52,937 nucleotides of DNA from the NCBI GenBank assembly GCA_964456045.1, contig CAYWAD010000001.1, positions 1-52,937 of the forward strand, written 5' to 3'. The position numbers and the translations under genes were made by a program. The notes below the pieces were generated by a model that worked only from the letters and a program-made list of their open reading frames with translations, did not search any database and was not told the DNA's origin. The first letter of the stretch is position 1; every line of letters begins with the position of its first letter. This DNA is from an uncultured Lachnospiraceae bacterium. GTDB lineage: Bacteria > Bacillota > Clostridia > Oscillospirales > CAG-272. Of the stretch, positions 39,168 to 45,691 are shown in pieces.

Positions 39168-40121
39168 GGGAGATAGAGTTTCCCACTCGAACAAATCGAG
39201 CCATACCGGCGAAATCTTGTCGTGATGAGAACCATATTCGTGTACTGCGTAGAAATCGAATATGTATCGAAGGACTGATTCTGCCGAATAATTTTCAGCG
39301 AACAAAAGATCATAAGGGATTGAACGCTCTTTGCGATGACGAGTTTGAAGCTCGATTCTGATCCAGCTATCCGGCAAAGATCCATCAGATGTATAAGGAC
39401 AAGAATTTAAGTCGTTTTTAGCAATTCGTTCAAGCTTTTTGTCGTAGAAACGAATCATTTGTTGTGAGCTTGTAGTGCCAAAATATATAGTGTGTTCTTT
39501 GTCACCATATTTTACGCGCCAAGAAACACTACGATTTGAACCATGACATATTATATTCGAATTATCAATATGATGTTGTTCGCAAAGATTATGAAGATCT
39601 TCAACAAAAGATCCGGAATAATTTACAAAGTCATAGGCAAAGTCGCAGCGGGTGAAATGGAAATTCCATCCCATATTAGGAATATAGCGAATTTTTTCTT
39701 CAACATCGTATCGCTGAGATCTGAGCCAATCTAAACCAGATCCACACAGATCTATGCGAATCCATGATAAATAGCAGTGCGCGATAAACATAGGGTCATA
39801 ATTTTTAGGATCAGTCACGCGCTGACCATATTCTTTATCAAGTTGCCAGTCAATATCACGAGGTTCAAGCTCAAAGAGAATCCCGTGCAGATTTATGCGG
39901 AGTTTGCGTCCGTAATTAGGATCAGCGAAATAGGAATCGCGGACAGCTGCGAAGAAATCTTCATTCAAACCAATTCCAAAATATTTGAGGATATCGACAA
40001 ACGATTGATCGCGCACAACGATGGTGAGCCAGTCGATTTTATAAAAGACACCGCCCTCACCATTTTCTATTTTGCGCAGAGTGCGATCAGAATATTCATT
40101 ATGTGATTTAACAGAATTCAT
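39141..40121 (-). CDS. Rolling-circle replication initiation protein (Rep_trans family-like), apparently 3'-truncated by the integration junction
   Basis: Motifs FTRCDFAYDF, IRFYDK, RIELQTR typical of replication initiation factor/Rep_trans proteins. ATG 40121 lies 6 nt after GGAGG. The last 3 codons (NFV*) lie left of the repeat. Confidence 0.7.
   Translation of the reverse strand: MNSVKSHNEYSDRTLRKIENGEGGVFYKIDWLTIVVRDQSFVDILKYFGIGLNEDFFAAVRDSYFADPNYGRKLRINLHGILFELEPRDIDWQLDKEYGQRVTDPKNYDPMFIAHCYLSWIRIDLCGSGLDWLRSQRYDVEEKIRYIPNMGWNFHFTRCDFAYDFVNYSGSFVEDLHNLCEQHHIDNSNIICHGSNRSVSWRVKYGDKEHTIYFGTTSSQQMIRFYDKKLERIAKNDLNSCPYTSDGSLPDSWIRIELQTRHRKERSIPYDLLFAENYSAESVLRYIFDFYAVHEYGSHHDKISPVWLDLFEWETLSPIIQNANFV
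39151..39167. repeat. 17-bp direct repeat, left copy (candidate attL core)
   Basis: tttgcattttgtataat is identical to 45692-45708. Confidence 0.65.
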
Positions 40122-40122
40122 A

Positions 40123-40374
40123 TTAAACCTCCGAAGAAGAATTAGAAGCAAGCTTTTTTTCTTGGAAAACACGTGTACGTTCGAGCCAACGACTATAAAA
40201 ATCAAGGTCACGCTTCAAAACTCTGTAGAAACACATCGGAAGCTCGATAAGGGCATAATCATTTTCGTCATATGGAACAAGACTAATTTCACAAGTTTTC
40301 TTAAAAAAGCCATCGTTCATTGGGGAAACCATTCCGTGAGAATCAGTACGCAAGTCATAAATTTTTTTAGACAT
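40123..40374 (-). CDS. Phage hypothetical protein (83 aa) upstream of rep
   Basis: AGAGGTG RBS. The stop lies immediately before the rep ATG. First ORF after the consensus promoter. Confidence 0.5.
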   Translation of the reverse strand: MSKKIYDLRTDSHGMVSPMNDGFFKKTCEISLVPYDENDYALIELPMCFYRVLKRDLDFYSRWLERTRVFQEKKLASNSSSEV

Positions 40375-40468
40375 ATTAAACACCTCTTTTTTTATAGTTG
40401 AAAGCCAAGGAAGTGCAAAGAGGCAAAAAACACTTGGAATAGTGTGCACTTCCCTGCTTTCTATGGAT

Positions 40469-40497
40469 ATTATAGCATATTTTTTTCTAAATTGCAA
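40469..40497 (-). promoter_or_regulatory. Consensus sigma-A-type promoter for the rep operon
   Basis: Minus strand TTGCAA-17 nt-TATAAT (-35 at 40492-40497, -10 at 40469-40474). Downstream, a 9-bp inverted repeat ggaagtgca/tgcacttcc (40409-40417 / 40445-40453). Confidence 0.55.
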
Positions 40498-40578
40498 CAC
40501 TTTTCACAAAAAAAATAAGTGTTTTTGGATATTTTTTTTAAGTAAACAAGGACAATAGAACATCTTCAGAATGCGCGC

Positions 40579-40685
40579 AGGCTCTCCGAGCCTACTACCT
40601 TCCTGACTGGTGATACATTCACAGTCAGGAAAAGAAGCCGGGCTTCGCTCGGATGAACACCCCCCCTTCCCCCCCTCAAGGGGGG
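40579..40685. other. Structured non-coding region of the phage (stacked hairpins), candidate origin/packaging signal
   Basis: Hairpins aggctc-tcc-gagcct (40579-40593), ttcctgactg-12 nt-cagtcaggaa (40600-40631), gaagc-cgg-gcttc (40634-40646), and C7-TT-C7-TCAA-G6 with CCCCCC/GGGGGG pairing (40660-40685). Confidence 0.5.
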
Positions 40686-40695
40686 AAAAAGAAAC

Positions 40696-40771
40696 AATAA
40701 ACCTCGATTGGGATAATAGGGATTTCAAGAGCTTCCCGAAGCCGGTGCAGCATTATTTTCGTTTACAGCGT
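40696..40771. repeat. Inverted duplicate (76 nt, 75/76 identical) of an internal segment of the zot-like gene
   Basis: Reverse complement of 41323-41398, single mismatch at 40762. On the plus strand it encodes INLDWDNRDFKSFPKPVQHYFRLQR. Confidence 0.9.
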
Positions 40772-40998
40772 TTTTAGCTGTTTAAGGTCAAAAAAAATAA
40801 CCGGCTAACAAACCGATTATTTTTTTTATTATATTTGCTTGATAGTCGAAGATTCTTTAGCTACACCAATCAAGCATATCCGGCGGTATTCCGACCGTCG
40901 AAAACTTGCGAAAAAGCGTTTAGAAAGCAAAAAAGCAAAAGGCAGCGTGCTTTTTCTCGTTTCCGGCGGTCGGTGGGATCTATTGATCAAATGGCAGC

Positions 40999-41757
40999 TC
41001 ACTTAGAAAGATCGAGCTTAGCTCGTTCTTGTTGATCTCGATAAGAGCGATTTTTCTTGACCCAGTGAGGGAGAAAAGCGCGGAACGGTGATGATCTATA
41101 CCAGAACAGCCAGCTTTGCTTGACGAAATCATCAGTTAAATTAGCAGTGTCACGCGAATTGTCATTTTGAGGACTAACGACTACCGGCTTTTTTCGATAT
41201 GCTTTACCGGTTATATATACGCGGAAATATTTGCGAATTATAATTAAGTAATCTGCGAGATCGCGAATTTTCTTATCACAATCGTAAGTTTGCGAAAAAG
41301 CTATGTAAATGTGCTTATATTGACGCTGTAAGCGAAAATAATGCTGCACCGGCTTCGGGAAGCTCTTGAAATCCCTATTATCCCAATCGAGGTTTATTTC
41401 ATCGTGCAGTATAACGGAATTTGGTTCAATGAATTCAGGACCAGTATATCCTCTTTCACGAAGTTTTATAATTTTTTTTCGAACATTATCATCATAATAA
41501 GCTTCGGCAAGCCAAGGAAGCAGATTTATATCTATAGGAACGACAAAAGAAAGATCGCAATCGCCTAATTTACAATAAACATTGTAGCCCTTTTCGTTAT
41601 AGTGGGTAGCAAGTTTTTGAAGCATCGTAGACTTTCCCTCGCCTTTCGGAGCAAAAATCAAGTAAAGCTTATAGGGGTTAATATATTTTGATGTAAGTTT
41701 ATTAAAAACAAAACCGATCGAGAAAATCGAGAGGAAAAGAATAAGCAGAATTTTCAT
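40999..41757 (-). CDS. Zot/pI-like P-loop NTPase (filamentous phage assembly protein)
   Basis: N-terminal TM, Walker A APKGEGKST, Walker B VILHDE. 252 aa. Positioned last in the structural/assembly module. Confidence 0.6.
   Translation of the reverse strand: MKILLILFLSIFSIGFVFNKLTSKYINPYKLYLIFAPKGEGKSTMLQKLATHYNEKGYNVYCKLGDCDLSFVVPIDINLLPWLAEAYYDDNVRKKIIKLRERGYTGPEFIEPNSVILHDEINLDWDNRDFKSFPKPVQHYFRLQRQYKHIYIAFSQTYDCDKKIRDLADYLIIIRKYFRVYITGKAYRKKPVVVSPQNDNSRDTANLTDDFVKQSWLFWYRSSPFRAFLPHWVKKNRSYRDQQERAKLDLSK
41323..41398. repeat. Partner of the 76-nt inverted repeat, inside the zot-like CDS
   Basis: See 40696-40771. The spacer between the copies is 551 nt. Confidence 0.9.
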
Positions 41758-41804
41758 ATTTTGCGTTGTTTTTTCGGCACGACATAAAGTCGTGCCGGTA
41801 TGGT

Positions 41805-41978
41805 TTATTTTTTAATGTATACAAGAAGCTTAAAGAGAAAAACGAGGAACAAAGAGAGAGTACAGATAAGAAAAGCGCAAGCTACAAGCGCGAAAAAATC
41901 GTATGTAGAAGCGCGAACAGGTTCAACGCCTATCAGTTCCATTAGAGTATGAGCCAAGCCAGAAGAGAGAATTTTCAT
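41805..41978 (-). CDS. Phage small hydrophobic protein (57 aa)
   Basis: Not in the ORF track (under 60 aa). ATGA overlap with the upstream stop. C-terminal TM FFALVACAFLICTLSLFLVFLF. Confidence 0.45.
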   Translation of the reverse strand: MKILSSGLAHTLMELIGVEPVRASTYDFFALVACAFLICTLSLFLVFLFKLLVYIKK

Positions 41979-42439
41979 AAAAACAACCTCAAAGTCAGAA
42001 CAACAAGAATCACGATAAGGATTAGAACTATAAAGCTGGAAGAATCAATACCCGATCCAGGGATCAAGCCATTTTCGGGAATTAAATGATAGTCAACCCA
42101 TGTGTTATAGGTATATCCGGAGCGAGTATAGCTTTGATAGATCTGAAGCTCACAAAGTGAAGAAAAACGAATATCGTACTCATTAGATCCAATCTTAGCG
42201 TATCCATTAATTACCGAATTAGAAATATTAAAAAGATATCCGGAATCGGTAAGGCATAAGCCATCATAAGAATCTAAATAAAATTCAATATCTCCGGAAA
42301 GCTTAGTGACATCATATGATGAGTTAACATAAGCAATTCTTCCCTGCCAAATATCAACGGTATTTGGATCTACCCATGAACCGAGGCATATAACAACAAT
42401 AAACGTTAAAATCAAAAAAGAGAAAAAATAGAATTTCAC
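41975..42439 (-). CDS. Phage secreted/anchored protein (154 aa), minor coat candidate
   Basis: N-terminal signal/TM and C-terminal TM (FIVLILIVILVVLTL). GTGA overlap with the upstream ORF. Confidence 0.55.
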   Translation of the reverse strand: MKFYFFSFLILTFIVVICLGSWVDPNTVDIWQGRIAYVNSSYDVTKLSGDIEFYLDSYDGLCLTDSGYLFNISNSVINGYAKIGSNEYDIRFSSLCELQIYQSYTRSGYTYNTWVDYHLIPENGLIPGSGIDSSSFIVLILIVILVVLTLRLFL

Positions 42440-42591
42440 TTAGAACCTCGTATGTAAATGATTGAAGTCACTATTATATCAAGCAAAACTAAATATAAGA
42501 AGCATTGAGTAATCCAATGCTCATTAAGCATATTAACATATGCCTTAATATAAGTCAAAGCAGCCGAAAAAACAGAGCTTAGAGAACCCAT
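42436..42591 (-). CDS. Phage small membrane protein (51 aa)
   Basis: GGAGG lies 5 nt before ATG 42591. One TM helix. The longer 92-aa ORF version is rejected. Confidence 0.45.
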   Translation of the reverse strand: MGSLSSVFSAALTYIKAYVNMLNEHWITQCFLYLVLLDIIVTSIIYIRGSK

Positions 42592-42593
42592 AG

Positions 42594-42734
42594 CTACCTC
42601 CGCAGGCATAAGCAAACCATCCAAACAAGGAGAGTTGAATAGAAAAGCACAGAAAAAAAAGTTATCCCCGGGATAATAGTTATATTCAGCATTAACCAGA
42701 TATAATCGACGCAAAGATCAACAAATTCAAGCAT
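42594..42734 (-). CDS. Phage small membrane protein (46 aa)
   Basis: GGAAGGTG RBS 6 nt before ATG 42734. Hydrophobic. Packed between neighbouring ORFs. Confidence 0.4.
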   Translation of the reverse strand: MLEFVDLCVDYIWLMLNITIIPGITFFSVLFYSTLLVWMVCLCLRR

Positions 42735-42739
42735 AGAAA

Positions 42740-42955
42740 TCACCTTCCAAAGCAGCGACAGACGATGACAAGCGTTAAACCACAAATAGCAACTGACGCA
42801 ACGGTAGTAGGCATCCATCCGGACGTGGTTGACCGCGAAATAGACCACAAAGCGGAGGAAAACATAGTGATGCCATTTATGAAACCAACGAGAAGATTCC
42901 ACAAATTGGCAATAACATCAACTATATACTCAAAAAAAGAAACAATAGCATCCAT
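42740..42955 (-). CDS. Phage membrane protein (71 aa), pVI-like position
   Basis: Two hydrophobic segments. Follows the 417-aa ORF, as gVI follows gIII in Ff phages. Confidence 0.5.
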   Translation of the reverse strand: MDAIVSFFEYIVDVIANLWNLLVGFINGITMFSSALWSISRSTTSGWMPTTVASVAICGLTLVIVCRCFGR

Positions 42956-42972
42956 ATAACCCCCAAAGGCTA

Positions 42973-44226
42973 TTAGTCGCCGCTGCGGGATTGGCGAACG
43001 ATAGATCTAATAGGAGCACCGAGCACGATCGCCATCAAGCTAAACGAAAGCGGCACAAAAACAAAAGCTTGTCCCAATGAAGAAGAAATTATCAAATCAT
43101 AGATTTGGCGAAGAAAAGAGACCTGTTCTGTATCAAGTTTAAGCAAATACTGATCAAATGCAGTGAGCGATTCAAACTGAGCCAAGCTAAACGAATCCAA
43201 TGCTTGACGTTGTAATTCGGAATAAGAATCCAAAGCATCGACATCATCATCAGAAATTTGATATTCTTCGGACAAAAGCTTAGAATATTCATTTTCGGCT
43301 TTTGTCAAATAAATATCGAAATAATCTTTGATAATCGCCAACTGAAAATAATTTTCGGCAGTTTTCGAAAGCGACAAATATCGATCATAAAGAGTATCAA
43401 CGACGGCAGCATAAGAGAGAGCGGAAGAATAATCTGCTTTGCTCAAGTCGTATTGAAATTTAGTTCGAATAGTCGAAGCAAACGATTCAATGTCATCGAT
43501 CGAATCATAGATCGAATATGTATATTTTTTTAAGTAATCAAGGTCAACGGAAATTTCATTTTCAAGCAAAGCACAAATATTATCAAGAACCGTTTCAACG
43601 CCTGAGAGATCGACATCAGATCCAGACGGAGCAAAAGCATTGATTCCCATATATGCATACAAACTATATCCAGAACTAGATTGTAAGCTCTCTGGAGCGG
43701 TAAGCTGAATAGCGATCTGTGAGCACTGATTTTCAACGGTTATCGAATAACAAGAAACGTCATAAAAAACAGAATCGATGCTCATAGAACAAGTACCGGA
43801 ATTTCGTCCATAATAGATTTTTTCAGAATCAACATAATAAGTCGAGCCGGAAAAATACATTATAGCGTCAACAGAGTAAGAAGCCGGCAAAAACACATCG
43901 ACGATACCGCCGTAAGGCAAATAAACGTTCAAGCAATAAATCAAACTCGTATATGTGGGAAAAGAAGCAAATCCGCCATGGCAAGTATATGAAGAATCGC
44001 CATATTTGACGGATACTGTTTTTCCGGTGAAATAATTCAAGTAAGAGCTGCTAAATTCATCTAAATTAAAACTATTAAAAGGAGTCACATAAGAATTTCC
44101 AAAATAAGCAAGAGCAATAGTCTGACGGTCATTATAAACGACATATTCAGTCACGGCATAAGCCGGCAGAGAAAAAGAAAGGGCTACGATCAATAAGACA
44201 AATAAAGAAAGTAAACGCTTACACAT
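42973..44226 (-). CDS. Phage adsorption/minor coat protein candidate (pIII-like architecture)
   Basis: Signal peptide MCKRLLSLFVLLIVALSFSLPAYA, large Ser/Tyr-rich ectodomain, C-terminal TM anchor plus basic tail. Largest ORF, directly after the coat module. Confidence 0.55.
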   Translation of the reverse strand: MCKRLLSLFVLLIVALSFSLPAYAVTEYVVYNDRQTIALAYFGNSYVTPFNSFNLDEFSSSYLNYFTGKTVSVKYGDSSYTCHGGFASFPTYTSLIYCLNVYLPYGGIVDVFLPASYSVDAIMYFSGSTYYVDSEKIYYGRNSGTCSMSIDSVFYDVSCYSITVENQCSQIAIQLTAPESLQSSSGYSLYAYMGINAFAPSGSDVDLSGVETVLDNICALLENEISVDLDYLKKYTYSIYDSIDDIESFASTIRTKFQYDLSKADYSSALSYAAVVDTLYDRYLSLSKTAENYFQLAIIKDYFDIYLTKAENEYSKLLSEEYQISDDDVDALDSYSELQRQALDSFSLAQFESLTAFDQYLLKLDTEQVSFLRQIYDLIISSSLGQAFVFVPLSFSLMAIVLGAPIRSIVRQSRSGD

Positions 44227-44227
44227 A

Positions 44228-44353
44228 TCAATAAACCCGGATTATTAATCGAGCACAAAGAGCGATAGCAGCTAAGGCGAATACCGGAGCTGTATACGTA
44301 TACAGCTCCGGAGACGTCCAAAGTTTGAGAAGATCAGACAGAAGCTCTAACAT
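44228..44353 (-). CDS. Phage small protein (41 aa) with a hydrophobic C-terminus
   Basis: Hand-translated as MLELLSDLLKLWTSPELYTYTAPVFALAAIALCARLIIRVY*. The stop lies 1 nt before the pIII-like ATG. Contains the 28-bp palindrome. Confidence 0.35.
   Translation of the reverse strand: MLELLSDLLKLWTSPELYTYTAPVFALAAIALCARLIIRVY
44284..44311. repeat. Perfect 28-bp palindrome downstream of the coat gene
   Basis: ccggagctgtatac|gtatacagctccgg. Confidence 0.9.
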
Positions 44354-44358
44354 AAGTA

Positions 44359-44568
44359 TTAGCCTTTAGAGAGCAAGCGTCCGAATATTCCGACAGCTCC
44401 ACCGAGTACAAGAAAGCCAGTGGTAAGGAGAAGAATAGGAGTCGTCGTTATAGTTTCGGCAACATTCCCAGTCCAAGTAAGAGCCTGTGTTACAACAGTT
44501 CCAAGATCAGTAAGAAGTGATGTCATGGTTACTTCGCCAACAACAGCACCAAAAGCGGAAGTAGGCAT
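44359..44568 (-). CDS. Major coat protein candidate (pVIII-like)
   Basis: 69 aa with an amphipathic/acidic N-terminus, TM PILLLTTGFLVLGGAVGIFG and a basic C-terminus RLLSKG. Confidence 0.6.
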   Translation of the reverse strand: MPTSAFGAVVGEVTMTSLLTDLGTVVTQALTWTGNVAETITTTPILLLTTGFLVLGGAVGIFGRLLSKG

Positions 44569-44631
44569 TTTTTTATCCTTTCTTTTTATTTATTTAAGCG
44601 CAAAGCGCAAAAATATCAATGTCATTAATAT

Positions 44632-44796
44632 TTAATAATCGGCAAACAAAGATTTCAAAAGCGAAGAGATTTTAGAAGAATAGCCCATCACTTCACAAAG
44701 AGTATCAATCTCGCGTTCAGAGAGTTGGTGAGTACCAACGTATGAATAAAGAAATTTTAGAAGCTCAATAAAACCCATTTGTTCAGACGACAACAT
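44632..44796 (-). CDS. Phage small protein (54 aa)
   Basis: Hand-translated as MLSSEQMGFIELLKFLYSYVGTHQLSEREIDTLCEVMGYSSKISSLLKSLFADY*. AAAGGG RBS. Confidence 0.4.
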   Translation of the reverse strand: MLSSEQMGFIELLKFLYSYVGTHQLSEREIDTLCEVMGYSSKISSLLKSLFADY

Positions 44797-44801
44797 GATA
44801 A

Positions 44802-44960
44802 TTACCCTTTCTGTTGAGAAATAAGATAGTTATATGCTTTTTCAACCAATTCGTAAGGAAGATTTCGCACAGAAATAAGCTCAGAAATAACACTATCCTC
44901 AAGAGGAATTTCAGAGCAGAATGCAAGTTGTGCTAAAAAAAAACATTCCAAAATGATCAT
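44802..44960 (-). CDS. Phage small protein (52 aa)
   Basis: ATGA overlap with the stop of the 87-aa ORF. Hand-translated as MIILECFFLAQLAFCSEIPLEDSVISELISVRNLPYELVEKAYNYLISQQKG*. Confidence 0.4.
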   Translation of the reverse strand: MIILECFFLAQLAFCSEIPLEDSVISELISVRNLPYELVEKAYNYLISQQKG

Positions 44961-45220
44961 TTTGAAGAATCCTCAAACAAATCATACGATACAGGATATT
45001 TGTCGACATCGTAGAATACGGTGTCGATGAAGTCACCAAGAGTAAGTTTAGCAGCGCGATTAGACTTGCCAGGACGATTCGGGAAGAAGAATTTGCGAAC
45101 CGCAATTCCCTCTTTAATTTTAGAATCATGATCATAGCAATGAATCGTTATTCCGGATACCTCCCTGTGCGAGTACGTTGCAGCTCGTGCAACAGATTCA
45201 ATTCCAATGATTTCGTACAT
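44957..45220 (-). CDS. Phage 87-aa protein in the gV (ssDNA-binding protein) position
   Basis: First well-supported ORF after the internal promoter. AAAGGAAA RBS. Its size and position match Ff gV. No motif-level support. Confidence 0.45.
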   Translation of the reverse strand: MYEIIGIESVARAATYSHREVSGITIHCYDHDSKIKEGIAVRKFFFPNRPGKSNRAAKLTLGDFIDTVFYDVDKYPVSYDLFEDSSK

Positions 45221-45366
45221 AATTTTGATTTCCTTTCATTTTTTACAAGATTTTTCTGTGACAAAGTTAAAGATAGAAGCAATTGATAATTAAGATCTAA
45301 GGCTTTTTTCAAACGATAATAACGTTGAATTTCTTCAGAAGCTTTACGCATTTTATATTTTTTCAT
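45148..45366 (-). CDS. Possible leaderless small basic ORF (72 aa)
   Basis: ATG 45366 lies 6 nt after the -10 box TATAAT. Overlaps the 87-aa ORF by 73 nt. Weak. Confidence 0.2.
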   Translation of the reverse strand: MKKYKMRKASEEIQRYYRLKKALDLNYQLLLSLTLSQKNLVKNERKSKLCTKSLELNLLHELQRTRTGRYPE

Positions 45367-45372
45367 AATTAT

Positions 45373-45400
45373 ATTATAGCTAATAAAAAGGAACTTCAAA
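45373..45400 (-). promoter_or_regulatory. Sigma-A-type promoter for the phage structural module
   Basis: Minus strand TTTGAA-16 nt-TATAAT (-35 at 45395-45400, -10 at 45373-45378). Confidence 0.45.
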
Positions 45401-45408
45401 CAAAAGCA

Positions 45409-45636
45409 TCATGCTAATTCTTCAAAACCTTTCACAAGATACATAGATTTTTTTTCCGAAAAATATAAATAACGTGGCAGCCCTTCCGAAGCAGCGGTCA
45501 ACGAAAGAAGAATACAGGCGAACCGCCGTCGATCAAGCGGCTGATCAGAGCGCTGCAAATTATACCAATCGCAGACGATGCGATTGAGCATTGCATCGGC
45601 GCCAAGGTTTGAAAGAAGAAAAATATGATTTTTCAA
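45409..45636 (-). CDS. ORF without an SD or ATG start, probably the displaced 3' portion of rep, separated by integration
   Basis: The frame stays open upstream through the right 17-bp repeat (..CQIIQNAKYVETYDVLQANYDFFDRNLKNHIF..). The only start candidate is TTG 45636, with no RBS. Confidence 0.4.
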   Translation of the reverse strand: MKNHIFLLSNLGADAMLNRIVCDWYNLQRSDQPLDRRRFACILLSLTAASEGLPRYLYFSEKKSMYLVKGFEELA

Positions 45637-45691
45637 GTTACGATCAAAAAAATCATAATTAGCCTGAAGAACGTCATAAGTTTCGACGTAC

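Noticed and set aside
40504-40728. 74-aa minus-strand ORF in the phage intergenic region
   Set aside because: It coincides with the stacked hairpins and C/G homopolymer tracts and has no RBS. It is more plausibly structured non-coding DNA.
40835-41035. 66-aa plus-strand ORF
   Set aside because: It runs opposite to every other phage gene, overlaps the zot-like 3' end, is Arg/Ser-rich and has no RBS.
44931-44943. A9/T9 homopolymer near the start of the 52-aa phage ORF as a phase-variation switch
   Set aside because: It is a single tract in AT-rich DNA, with no evidence of length variation from a single sequence.
44911-45135. 74-aa minus-strand ORF
   Set aside because: It overlaps the 87-aa and 52-aa ORFs, which are linked by an ATGA junction and have RBS support.
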